From: the human T2T-CHM13v2.0 reference genome, Homo sapiens
Length of the DNA stretch: 64,000 nt
Assembly: GCF_009914755.1 (NCBI RefSeq)
Contig: NC_060937.1
Direction: 5' to 3' (one strand)
This document shows, in pieces, positions 38,857 through 52,199 of this stretch. Below the pieces are notes generated by a model. That model was not told where the DNA came from. It saw only the letters and a program-made list of their open reading frames with translations, and did not search any database. The translations under genes and the position numbers were made by a program. The number at the start of each line of letters is the position of its first letter. Position 1 is the first letter of the stretch.

Positions 38857-39950
38857 GCCCCAGTTTTTGGAGTGTTATGTATTTCCTGGATGTTTGGAAA
38901 CATTTTTTAAAACAAGCCAAGAAAGATGTATATAGGTGTGTGAGACTACTAAGAGGCATGGCCCCAACGGTACACGACTCAGTATCCATGCTCTTGACCT
39001 TGTAGAGAACACGCGTATTTACAGCCAGTGGGAGATGTTAGACTCATGGTGTGTTACACAATGGTTTTTAAATTTTGTAATGAATTCCTAGAATTAAACC
39101 AGATTGGAGCAATTACGGGTTGACCTTATGAGAAACTGCATGTGGGCTATGGGAGGGGTTGGTCCCTGGTCATGTGCCCCTTCGCAGCTGAAGTGGAGAG
39201 GGTGTCATCTAGCGCAATTGAAGGATCATCTGAAGGGGCAAATTCTTTTGAATTGTTACATCATGCTGGAACCTGCAAAAAATACTTTTTCTAATGAGGA
39301 GAGAAAATATATGTATTTTTATATAATATCTAAAGTTATATTTCAGATGTAATGTTTTCTTTGCAAAGTATTGTAAATTATATTTGTGCTATAGTATTTG
39401 ATTCAAAATATTTAAAAATGTCTTGCTGTTGACATATTTAATGTTTTAAATGTACAGACATATTTAACTGGTGCACTTTGTAAATTCCCTGGGGAAAACT
39501 TGCAGCTAAGGAGGGGAAAAAAATGTTGTTTCCTAATATCAAATGCAGTATATTTCTTCGTTCTTTTTAAGTTAATAGATTTTTTCAGACTTGTCAAGCC
39601 TGTGCAAAAAAATTAAAATGGATGCCTTGAATAATAAGCAGGATGTTGGCCACCAGGTGCCTTTCAAATTTAGAAACTAATTGACTTTAGAAAGCTGACA
39701 TTGCCAAAAAGGATACATAATGGGCCACTGAAATCTGTCAAGAGTAGTTATATAATTGTTGAACAGGTGTTTTTCCACAAGTGCCGCAAATTGTACCTTT
39801 TTTGTTTTTTCAAAATAGAAAAGTTATTAGTGGTTTATCAGCAAAAAAGTCCAATTTTAATTTAGTAAATGTTATCTTATACTGTACAATAAAAACATTG
39901 CCTTTGAATGTTAATTTTTTGGTACAAAAATAAATTTATATGAAAACCTG
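38857..39950 (+). other. TNFSF11: TNFSF11 3'UTR (AU-rich)
   Basis: Follows the stop codon; several ATTTA pentamers; ends after tandem poly(A) signals. Confidence 0.85.
39888..39934 (+). terminator. Two AATAAA polyadenylation signals (39888-39893, 39929-39934)
   Basis: Canonical hexamers, TGTA upstream, and a GT/T-rich downstream element (ttgtgattttgtac, ~39953-39966). Confidence 0.85.
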
Positions 39951-40267
39951 CCTTGTGATTTTGTACTTCACCTTCATGTCTCTTTTGCTCTGTGATCCTA
40001 TTATTTTCAATATGGTAATGTGGCTTCTATCTCTTTCCAAAGGTTACTGGGAGAAATGCAGATTTAATTAAAAATTAGAAGCAGATTCAATTAAATTAAT
40101 GATCCTTGGAATCTGAAAAATAATTTGCAAGGAATTTGTATGCAAGGATATATCCAGATAGAAAATGGAGTCTTCTTCACTTAAAAAAGCCAAAATTTAT
40201 ATTATGTTGATATTGTGAGAAAAATATGGTGCTTTGTATAAGTTCATAATGTCTTAAAGAATAACTG

Positions 40268-40340
40268 TGCATGTTGTGCACACGTACCCTAGAACTTAAA
40301 GTATAATAAAAAAAATAGTAAGAAAATGCACGCACACAAA
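40268..40340 (+). mobile_element. Severely 5'-truncated L1PA insertion with 12-bp TSD
   Basis: tgcatgttgtgcacacgtaccctagaacttaaagtataataaaa matches the L1PA 3' terminus; aaagaataactg repeated at 40256-40267 and 40341-40352. Confidence 0.85.
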
Positions 40341-40877
40341 AAAGAATAACTGACCTGGAGGAACACCTGACATTTTATACCTTACTGTGGTAAGGAAGAA
40401 TTAACAGTGTCCTGGACTCTTGTTCTCATGGAAATTTATACAGGAAAGCTGTCTGACCCAGGTTGGTTACTTATGTGGGAGAGATATAAGAAAATAAGCA
40501 GCTTGGGAAGGCACTGTACACCATAATCTAAGGCACTTTTCATTTATGGATAAATGTTTTTAGATGGCTGTGACAGGATAGAAGGAGAGAAGAAACAGCA
40601 GATGTTACAAAGAAGAAATTGTAAAATTCAAACAGCAGAGCTACAATGGTGGAACTCAATCATTGGCCAAAATAGACCTACTATTTAAAAACTGTCAGTA
40701 CGTCTAAGGTCAATTGGTATAAAATATGACTTCTGTGTTTCATGTCCCAATTGCTGAGCCTTAGTTTAAGGAAAAAATAATTTTGATAGGCAATCAGAGA
40801 GTTTCTCCACTCTCCATTGGCACTGTCTTATTATGTAGAGTGCCTCATTAGCTACTGTTGCTCTCATAATACTATTC

Positions 40878-41465
40878 TGTTATAGGACTAACAGGTTCAT
40901 ATGCCCACTGCACAGTAACAGTCCAAGTACACTGAGACAGCAAGATTTGTGGCAGAGGAAGAGTTTAATGATCTCAGGGCACCAAGTGAGAGGATGGAAG
41001 GAGACTCAGATTCATCTCCCCCGAGGAGTTCTGGGCTGAGGTTTTTAAGGGGATTAGGGAGAGCGAGGGGTTAGAAAATTGGGGTCATTGAGTGGCTGGG
41101 GTAAGAGGGATGAAATCCTCAGGATGTGGAAGCTGCATTCCTTGGTGAGGGAGCTTCTCATGGGGTCCTCTTCAGATCAGCTGGTGTCAGTAGTTTTGCT
41201 GATATGCAGGACCTGAAAGAATGTCTCAAAGGGAAAACTTAACATTTTGTGATGTTCAAGCTGTTATCTATGGAGCATTTAAAGCGAACTATAATCTTAG
41301 AGTCTACATGATTCTAAGACAATAGGCAAATAGCTATGAGGAAGGGGTCGGAGAGCAAGCTGACCTAGTGATGGATGCTGAGTGTGTTGCAAGCTTGCTT
41401 TATTTTTGTTTTCCCCCCTCTTTGCTTCCCTGATAAATGTTATAAAGTTTATAGGGACAGTTTCA
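40878..41465 (-). mobile_element. LOR1-like ERV1 solo LTR
   Basis: TG...CA ends; reverse strand starts TGAAACTGTCCCTATAAACTTTATAA. Confidence 0.7.
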
Positions 41466-41983
41466 AATCTGTCATTTCCAAAGGCGAATGACATTCATCC
41501 ATTTGTTTGTTCCATATTATTTCTTGAGTACCATCTATGTGCTAGGCACTGTGCCAGGCATGTGGATGCTATGGCACTCTCCCTGCCCTTGAGGAGTTTC
41601 CATTCTAGTTGGGAGCCAGCCTAGCAAGGGTGTGTGTGGTCAGCCCTAGGGTGTGGACATACACAGCAGGCTGTGGGAGCAGAGAGGAGGCTATGGAACC
41701 CATCTTGGGAGCCACAGAAAGTCTGAAAATGATATCAGACTGGATAGGAAGTGGGGTTGAAAAAAGCTTTGAAAGTGGATATAGAATATCCGTTACCATT
41801 TTTAACTTAGAGGTAACTGAATGTGCAGTCTCTCAAAGATGAACTAAAAATCCAAGGTCCAGGAATGAAAAAAAAAACACCCCAGGATCTAGTGAGGTAA
41901 GACATGGTGGCACCAGCCAAACTGGAGAACTAACATGGTAGAGGGCCTGCAAAGCCAAGGGACAGCCTGTATTGAAGACCCCA

Positions 41984-42348
<365 letters not shown>

Positions 42349-44344
42349 TCAGAGATGTTTTAGAGCTTTGCTGGAATGAATCTATGACTTAATGAAAAGT
42401 GAGTATAAATTGGACTATGCCTTGAAGGAGGCAATGGTAGCAAGTGGATATGCCAGGAGGTATGGAAAAGACTTTTCTAGTCATGCTCAAGGCTTGCCAG
42501 GCTGAGTTGTAGGGTCTAAAATGCAGGATGCAAAATACCCTACTTTCCTCTTCACATGCTACTTTTTTACTTCTGTTTTTCTTCTCACTCATCCCTTTTA
42601 CCCTTTTGTGTGTGTTTGAACTCTTCCCTTTTTTCTTTTCCTGTTCCCCCCAATGCCTGGCTCTTGCCTCAGATGACAATTTCATTTCTGTGGTGGGCCT
42701 CAGGGAATAAGGAGGCTGCTGCATCTAATGGAGATGGAACCAGGTCATGTCAACACTCAGTGACAGCTAAGTGTGTTGAGGTGTGACAAAATCATGTCAG
42801 GAAACCAACACATATGATGGCAAACTCAATTGTTTGCTCATTTTAATGACTTCATTTCAATCTTATTCCTAACACATGCCAAATCTGAAGGAAGGAAAGA
42901 GTGTCAAAGTTGAAGCCATCTGTCTTCTTGAATTGACTTGCAACTCCACCAGACCATGCACCCTTGCACCTTTCAAAGCGCCATGTGTGCACCAATTTTT
43001 GTTTAGTGTACCTGTTTTCCCCTCTTTGCCTATTTCCTTTTCTCTATTCATCTTCATTAGGCCATCCTAGAAAAAAATATCTGGAGCAGATGATCTATTT
43101 CCCCAGTGACTCTGGGGGGAAGCTGAGCACCTCATGTATATCCTTTCCCTCTGGGTCTGATTATTGGTTTGGCTTGAGCTAGTGCCATCAGGTTATACTT
43201 GTACATTTTGGGAGCATAACCTTGACTCAAATTGCACTTCTACGTTTAGCCTGGCCAAACATGGGCTTGCTTCACTTTTGGCTTTGTTAATCGATTCTTC
43301 AGCTTCCTTGCTATGAAATTGAAATATGTTTCCCAGTAGCTGCATTTATAAATGCTAATTAGTTATTGATTCACATTATTATGATTTAGCCTTGTGTCAC
43401 TTTCTACAATAAAAAGTGTATACACAGTGAGTGTTAGATTTCAGCTATAAAGCAGAAATCTATCCTTTTGATTAATAACACTTCTATGATACTTCTACTC
43501 TTCTATTCCTGTAATTTAAAATGTTTATTTCCTAATCATCTACCATCACCTCCCCTCTCCTCTGGTGACTGATTTCCTTTGCAGGGGCTTGTCATTATTG
43601 CACCTTGACCAGTGCTCTGGCTGTTTCTAGTGGCAGTCTCTTGATATTATCAGATGTGGACAAGTTATAACAACATTATTCATATTGCTACTGGCTTTCA
43701 ATGTCTGTAAAGAAACCATGTAGAGTCTTCTGTTTTGAAAATTCTTAGACGTGTGTCTTCCAGTTGGCAAAGGAGTGAGCTAGAAGTTACTCCATTAGCA
43801 GCACCCAAGGGATCAGAGGTGGTTTCAGAGGCAAGAAGTTTTTCTAAAAAGGTTGATAGTTACTTCAGTCTCCCTAAAGAGGGTCCTAGAATCATGGGAT
43901 GTCACTCTGTTGGGCAAATGCCAATTTCTTCCCTTTCCTATGGATTCTGCAGACACTTCGTTTTCTCAGAAGTGTGATCTCAGCAACCTCAGGTTGGTGG
44001 AACAAAATGCCTCATGAGATGTGAACATCTTTTGAAAGAAAGATTGCAGATTTAGGTGTCAGCCAGACCCAGGCCTGGAGTCTGATCTCCACTGCCTGGT
44101 ACCCTGGGCAGGTGGCCATCATTTAGATTCAGTTTCCTGCCTTGTGAAGCAGGAGTCACCCTGCCTGAGCTGAGTCATAAGGATTGGCGCAAAACGGGCT
44201 CAACAAATAGGAGCCACCGTCACCATCCTCCTAGCCCATTTGCTATATCCTTGCACAAAGTTTACGCTTTTTTTCTCTAGATGCTGGGCAGGGCCCACAT
44301 TAAGCAAATTACTGTGCTCTGCATTGTGGTACCAGAATAGATAC

Positions 44345-44797
44345 TGTATTAATTCCCTACAGCTGCCTAGATAACAAATGACCACAAACTGGCTGGCCTA
44401 AAACAACAGAAATATATTTTCTCACAGTTCTGGAGGCTAGAAGTCCAAAATCAAGCTGTGAGTGGGACCATACCCCCCTGAAGACTCTTGGGAGGAATGC
44501 TTCCTTGCTTCTTCCAGCTCATGGTGGTTGCTGGCACCCCCGTGTGTTCTTTTCCTTGCAGCTGCATCACTCCAGCCTCTGCCTCTGTCTTCACATGGCT
44601 TCTCTCCTGTGTCTCTTCACATGATTCTTCCTCCCTGTGTGTTTTTTTGTGTTTGTGTGTTCTCTGTGTCTCCAAATCTCTCTCTTCTTATGAGGACACC
44701 AGCGACTGGATTTAGGGCCCATTCATCTTACCTTGATTAAGTCTGCACCTGTTCAGATGGACATAAATTTTGGGGGAACGCTATTCAACCCAGTATA
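44345..44797 (-). mobile_element. MLT1 (B/C-like) MaLR LTR
   Basis: tgtatt...taaaacaacagaaatatattttctcacagttctggaggctagaagtccaaaatcaag...ctattcaaccc. Confidence 0.8.
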
Positions 44798-45084
44798 GAT
44801 ACAAGGAACTTAGAGTTCAGGGGTGAAATAAATATTTAAAAGCCAAGTCATAAACAAACCGGAATGAAATAAATGCCACAATAGAAGCACAAGCAATGAA
44901 CTATTGAACTCACCTAACTCAGTGAGGGTTTGCTTTCATTGAAATATGAGTGAAACCATATTTTGATGACATTTGAATAGCTACAATGTGCTGTTGTGGG
45001 CTGCGTGTTTTCAAGAGATTATTTCGGGGTTGGGACAAGGCTCATATGCACTCCTATTTACCTCCACTCCTTAGAAGATCCTCC

Positions 45085-45086
<2 letters not shown>

Positions 45087-45133
<47 letters not shown>

Positions 45134-45140
45134 CACACAC
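45087..45140. repeat. (CA)n microsatellite
   Basis: About 22 uninterrupted CA units. Confidence 0.95.
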
Positions 45141-45769
45141 AATTCACCCACACTACACTAGGACATCCGGGCTCTGCAGATGACTGCTACCTGGATTTAT
45201 ACTTGTTTCTTCCTTCTAATGGCGAATGTGATTTTGCTCAAGGATTAGAGTTTAACCAGTTTGAAATAGTTCATCTCTTTAATAAATACGGAATAAGATG
45301 GAGAAAACGTTACTCCCCGGAGCTCCAGAGTGCAGAGGAAGGTGGACCAGCTAGATGGAGCTTTCCCCAGGGGGATCTGCAGGGCTGGAGATTTAGCACG
45401 GTGTTCTGCCTGCATGCCAGGGGGCCACACGACGATCATGTGGGTGATGGCAGGAGGCACAGTTGGGCTGAGAGGACAGAACCATATTGGTGACTCTGAA
45501 GTCTTTGGTAAAGTGACCAGCTTTATGAGTTTGTTGTGGTTGCATTCCTGGTGGGAACCCAGTGGAAAGGCAGAGTTTGACTGGCGCTACAAGATACAGA
45601 ATGGAGCAGGCTACAGAAGCAGGAGCAGAGAGAAGCACAAGGCCATGGCCCGACCTCAGGTGTGGAGATGCTGGTGCCTTGAGGCGGGGTCCTTGAACCT
45701 TCTCTGGGCAGGGAGGCCTTCTTTTGTTAGTTAGTGTGCTCCGGAGATACTGAATCATAGTGTATTGGT

Positions 45770-46182
45770 ATAGGCTGGGAAGTCCCCTTCCTGCAAGCTG
45801 GAGGCCCAGGAAAGCCAGTGGTGTAGTTCTAGTTCAAACCCAAATGCCTGGGAACTAGGAGAGCTGATGGTGTAAGTCCAGGTCTGAATCTGAAGGCCTG
45901 AGAACCAGGAGTGCTGATGTCTAAGGGCAGGAGAAAATGAATATCCCAGTTCAAGTTGAGAGAGCAAGTTAGCTCTTCCTCTATTTTGTTCTATTCAGAC
46001 TTTCAATGGATTGGGTGATGCCCACCCACTCTGTGGAGGATGGGTCTTCTGCACTCAGGCCACTGATTCCAATTCTAATCTCTTCCAGAAAGCCCTTCAC
46101 AGACACACCCAGAAATCACGTTTTGCCAGCTATCTGGGCATCCCTCAGCCCAGTTAAGTTGACACCTAAAGTTAACTGTCAT
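45770..46182 (-). mobile_element. MLT2-family ERVL LTR
   Basis: gcaagctggaggcccaggaaagcc...cacagacacacccagaaat...aagttgacacctaaagttaac. Confidence 0.8.
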
Positions 46183-46490
46183 GCTGCACTGAGGACACTT
46201 GGGTTAGGTATAAAGTGGCTTGTTCAAATTTAGAAGGAAAGCATCTTAAACCCTAATAGATGAAAGAGGAAAAGTCCGCACACAACTCTAGGGGAAACCC
46301 AATAATACACCAAACTTTAAAAAAATTTCTAAATGAAGAATTAAGTCATGAAATAGGGGATAAGAATTTGTGTAAGTTTGCCTAAATAGACAAGGTTCAG
46401 AGAGACATTATCTATAGCAGCAGGGGAAAAAAGGACCCCCAGAGAGCATCAGATACATACAGCAGGTGCAGGACAGGTGCAGCACCTTCC

Positions 46491-46790
46491 ACTTCCCTTT
46501 GTTCTGCAGAATCACCAACACAGGTGGCACTTACTCCAAAAGGCAGATCTTATCTTGAGTTCAGGCACAAGTCAATAGCACAGAAGCAGTGATGAGTGTC
46601 TGGTCCATAAGAAAGAGATAAGTGTGCAACTTGGGGGAGAGAGTCTGTCAGTTCAGGTCTAAGGGCAATTAACATGGAAACGATTTTAGTGTGTGGTCAA
46701 GATCTCAAAAACAGGAATTCAGCTCTGGAAGAAGACTAACAGAATCCCTAGAAGTGGGTCAGATCGCAGGTGGCTGGGGGTACAGGCAGT
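46491..46790 (+). repeat. Donor copy of a 300-bp dispersed direct repeat
   Basis: Ungapped match to 47921-48220; 30 mismatches by hand count. Confidence 0.95.
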
Positions 46791-47230
46791 GCCCCCTTTC
46801 AAGACACCAGGGAGCTGTAGGTGTGGGAGGAAACTCCAGGTGCCCATGATCCCCGGGTAGAATGGGCCAGAGAGGAAGATAGGCTCCCCTGTAGGGTAGA
46901 TTCAGAAAGCAGCTATGAAATCTCATCCCTGAAACTGTGAAAGACTGTTACCTTCTGTATTAGTTTGCTAGGGCTGCTGTAACTAATAATGACAAACTTG
47001 GTGACCTAAAACAACAGAAATGTATTCTTGTGCAGTTCTGGAGCCAGAACTTCTGAAATCAAGGTATCGGCAGGGTCAGGCTCCCTCTTGGAGGATCTGG
47101 GAAGAATCCCTCTTTGCCTCTTGCAGCATCTGGTGGCTCTAGGAGTTTCTGTGGCTACTTCACTCTAATCTCTGCCTCTATCTTCATGTGGCCTTCTTCC
47201 CTTCTTTCTGTGTCTTTTCTGTTTTTGCTT

Positions 47231-47527
47231 TTTTTTTTTTTTGAGATAGGGTCTCACTATGTCACCCAGGCTGGAGTGCAGTGGCACAGTCTCGGCTCAC
47301 TGCAGCCTCCTCCTCCCAGGTTCAAGCGATTCTCATTCAAGCCTCAGCCACCCGAGTAGCTGGGATTACAGGCATGCACCACTACGCCTGGCTAATTTTT
47401 GTATTTTTAGTAGAGGCGAGGTTTTGCCTGTTGTCCAGCCTGGTCTTGAACTCCTGGCCTCATGTTATCTGCCCACCTAGACCTCCTAAAGTCCTGGGAT
47501 TATAGGCATGAGCCACTGCGCCCAGCC
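47231..47527 (-). mobile_element. Alu (AluS-like) with TSD tgtttttgctt
   Basis: TSD at 47220-47230 and 47528-47538. Confidence 0.92.
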
Positions 47528-47920
47528 TGTTTTTGCTTCTTATAAGGGTGTTACAATAGGTAGCTAGTCAGACATGAGTAGTGCAGGAGAACAACCCCCA
47601 ACCAGGAATGTCAGGCCACCATTAGATGATGGTCAGGTGGTTGTCAAACTCTCTAAAATAATTGGTTGCGGCCGGCACCAGGGAACAGCAGTCTCCCAAT
47701 AGATAGAAACAGCTGAAACTGGTGATCAGCAGCTTCCCAGTAAGCTCTCTAAGAGTTGACCTAGTGGGCTCACACGTGAGCACTAAGAGGCAAAATGGTG
47801 GCGTTTAATAGGCATGTGACTTTCCTCTAGGAACTCTCAACTGGTAAGGGAATGACTCATCAAGTGAGCATGCGTACAGCTTTAGTAAACACACTGCACA
47901 TGCAGCCCCTCCCAAGTGCT

Positions 47921-48220
47921 ACTTCCCTCTGTTCTACAAAATCACCAACACAGGTGGCACATACTCCAAAAGGCGTATCTTATCCTGAGTTCAGGCACAA
48001 GTCAATAGCATAGAAGCAGTGAGGAGTGTCTGGTCCATGGGAAAGAGATAAGTGTGTAACTTGAGGGTGAGATTCTGTTGGTTCAGGCGTAATGGCAATT
48101 AACATGGAAACGATTTTCGTGTATGGTCAAGGTCTCAGAAACAGGGATTCAGCCCTGGAAGAAGACTAGCAGAATCCCTCGAAGTGGGTCAGATCTCAGG
48201 TGGCTGGGGGTACAGGTAGT
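47921..48220 (+). repeat. Inserted copy of the 300-bp dispersed direct repeat
   Basis: Interrupts the LTR between cccaagtgct and gccactgcac. Confidence 0.95.
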
Positions 48221-48399
48221 GCCACTGCACATGTGGACAGCGCACCCCAAGAATCAAGGGAGAAAGAATGCAAGATCCCAGAAGTATGCCAAGGTATAAA
48301 ACCCCAAGTCAAATGTCAAACTGCGCATTTGATCTCTCAAGTTGCCCACTTGGCCCTCCTCCAAGTATACTTTCCTTCCTTTCTCTCCTGCTCTAAAGC

Positions 48400-48581
48400 T
48401 TTTTTTTTTTTTTGAGATGGAGTCTCGCTCCGTCACCCAGGCTGGAGTGCAGTGGCGCATCTCGGCAAGCTCCGCCTCCCGGGTTCACGCCATTCTCCTG
48501 CCTCAGCCTCCCAGGTAGCTGGGACTACAGGCGCCCAACACTACCCAGCTAATTTTTTGTATTTTTTTAGTAGGGACGGGG
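48400..48581 (-). mobile_element. 5'-truncated AluY-like element with TSD taaagcttttt
   Basis: aagctccgcctcccgggttcacgccattctcc is AluY-diagnostic; TSD at 48394-48404 and 48582-48592. Confidence 0.9.
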
Positions 48582-49558
48582 TAAAGCTTTTTAATAAACT
48601 TTCATTCCTGCTCTAAAACTTGCCTTGGTCTCTCCTTATGCTTTATGCCCCTCAGTCAAATTCTTCCTGAGGAGGCAAGAATTGAGATTGCTGCAGACCT
48701 GTACAGATTCACCACTGGTAACAAGGGCACTAGTCATTGGATTGAGGTTCTGCCCTGTTAATCCAGGAGGTTCTCATTTAAAGATCCTTAACTTAATTAC
48801 ATCTGCAATGACCCTTTTCTTAAATAAGGCCATCTTCACAGGTTCTAGGCTTTAAGACATGAATATATCTTTTTTGGGGTCACCCCAAATGCAGGCTGGG
48901 GTCATTCAGCCTTCAACACCCTCCCCTGGACTGTGTGCCAATCCTGTTAATGGGGCCAGGCACACTGATGTCTTTCCCTGGCTCCCAGAGAGAGGCAGGG
49001 AAACCTACTAGGAAGAGTCTGAGACTGGAAAACAATAAGTGAAATAAAGAATGATGCAAATGCCTAGATCTGCACATTTCTAAACGGGTGACTGCAGGGA
49101 GACAAATCCCAGAGGGGAGAGACAAACATGAGAATGTTGCTGTGTTGGAGAGGTGGGATTATGGATGTTTTCTTCTTTTCAAAATTTCCGTGACTGTTGT
49201 TACATTGCCATTGAATTCAATAATAAAGAGCATTAAAACTCATCTTTTCAATAGAGAAATGAGATTGCAGCTTTTGGCGCTAAATGAATCTAGGCTCAGG
49301 ACTGCTGGCCTGTGCATTTTTGAAAAAGAATACACTAGGGGCTTGGGAAAAGCACATCAGCTGGAGGAGAGGAAAGAGGAGTGAGGAGCCAGCTATTTAG
49401 AATGGGAAGAAGTGACTTCTCCCCAGCGTGCTGCCCTTCATTGTTTACAGCCTTTGACTTAAGTATTCAGAATTAGGGGTTAGAAAACCCTGCAGGAACC
49501 AAGCTTAGCATCCAACACCCCATTATTTCCTCCAAACACTTATCTTCTCACCTTTCTT

Positions 49559-49613
49559 TCTTTCTTTTTTTTTTTTTTTTTTTTTTGAGACGGAGTTTTT
49601 GCTCTTGTTGCCC
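49559..49613 (-). mobile_element. Minimal Alu insertion (27 nt + poly(A)) with 17-bp TSD
   Basis: atcttctcacctttctt at 49542-49558 and 49614-49630 flanks T-tract + gagacggagtttttgctcttgttgccc. Confidence 0.88.
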
Positions 49614-50444
49614 ATCTTCTCACCTTTCTTCCTGATTCCAGAAGACAAGATGAGGAAGCAGGGCCGTATGAAAGGAGGATGTTTTCCTAAATGCCTTAAA
49701 CAAACCCAAGAGGCTGAGAGTTAATTTTTTAAAGATGACTTGACAGCTTGTTCACCCTGTTTACTGACATCAACAAGGGAGTAAGCACGGCAGACAGAGA
49801 TAAATTAATTGAAATGTCCCTGTAGCATGTAAGCTGCTTGGGTAAAGATGGTATCCTTGTGGCGTGGCTGTTTAATAAGGGGTGTGTGTGTGTGTGTGCA
49901 TGTGCATGTGTGTTTAATGGATTGTTGAAAGGAATTCAAAGTCAGCCGTACATTGTTTTGTGGGATATAATAAGGGTTTGTGAGAAAGTCTTTCTTTAAA
50001 ATAGAAACCTTGACATTTTAAACCTAGGAATTCCTAAGTAAGCCTCAGATATTGGCCCATAACATCCAACTCTACAAGCTACAATGTCTGTAGAGCACCT
50101 CCTGGCCTGAGAAGAGCGTTAAGATTCTGGCTCAAGAGGACTGCAAGAATTTAGATTTCTTGTTAGTGAGAGCTGGCTAAAGGGAGAAAAACAAGCAAAC
50201 AGGGTTGAGAAAATCTTTCTCATTTGTGCTTTACTATAAAATCCTTTGGAAATTTTATGCACTGTTAATATTAGTATCTATAGCCTTTAAATTATTAAAA
50301 CAAGCAATTCTTATGACATAGTTTTGTTTTTACAGGAGATTTAGGGAGATTTTTGCTGTCATTCAATGCCCCAGATGTATCAGAAGGCAGGTCCTGAACC
50401 ACGTGGGGCAGACCAACGTAGTCTACTTTAAATAAATATTTTGA

Positions 50445-50908
<464 letters not shown>

Positions 50909-50987
50909 TCACTCAGTGAAAGGACTCCTGAAGTCCATCAGAATCTCCCTTAATATCTGAGCAGCTGCCTTTGTTAGAGGAAACTGT

Positions 50988-51531
50988 TGTGGGAGATCGG
51001 TATATGTCAACCAAAATATGAAGAGTTGAAGGCAATTAAGAAGCAGATGCAGGAAAGCTCTCTGCCCTCCCTCTATTTGCTTAAAAGCAGGGCAGATATT
51101 TACAAAAACAAAACGTATCCAGCCCTGCTCCCTACTCTACCAGGGAGAACAAAGGTTGGCCACTGAAGACAGCTTTAGACCCTCATCAGCCTGGAAATAA
51201 TAGCAGAGGAATCTACATTAACAAATGGGACTAACTAGCCTTCACCTTTCATTTATTTCCCTTCCCTCCATGTGGCTGCCTGTAGAGACTCAAATTCTTT
51301 TTTTTTTCCTTTATCTTGTCACTTCTCTAAAAATGTTCTCTTATTTGCTGATGTTATATAAGCTGGAATTCAAACCACCTCTTTGAGAACTACTCCTTCT
51401 CTGGGTGTCTGCCACTTACATATGATATCTACGTGTTAATACACTTGTTTGTTTTTCTCTTGTTAATCTGTCTTTGTAGCAGGGGTCCACTCCAACTAAG
51501 AACTTATGGGGGTTATTATTTTCCTCCACAG
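50988..51531 (+). mobile_element. MER34-like ERV1 LTR
   Basis: tgtgggagatcggtatatgtcaaccaaaatatgaag...ttttctcttgttaatctgtcttt...ttttcctccaca. Confidence 0.65.
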
Positions 51532-51729
51532 TTCCCCTTTAGGAGCCTGACTCCTACAGGTGAACCCAGGGTCCAAAAATGTATTTCTTTCTGCGTAGAG
51601 AAGTAAATATATTCTCCCCATTCCCGTCTTCTTAAATTTCCAGTGCCTCTGGCACCAGCCACTCTGGTCCTTTCAATTTGGCTTTGTAAAAGGTAGCACT
51701 GTAGTCACCAGTCTTTCCATAAACAATAA

Positions 51730-52199
<470 letters not shown>

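Larger units (their letters stand above)
47549..48723 (+). mobile_element. MER50-like ERV1 solo LTR carrying two insertions
   Basis: TGTTACA...TAACA ends with 4-bp TSD AGGG (47545-47548, 48724-48727); internal TATAAAA and AATAAA. Confidence 0.8.
46956..48910 (-). mobile_element. MLT1 LTR split by an Alu and a MER50-like LTR
   Basis: MLT1-like pieces at 46956-47220, 47531-47548 and 48724-48910. Confidence 0.75.

Noticed and set aside
46491-48220. Possibility that the exactly 300-bp, 10%-diverged duplicate is an assembly or synthetic artefact
   Set aside because: The 2:1 transition bias, reciprocal CpG decay and junction microhomology look like natural ageing. Not fully excluded without reads.
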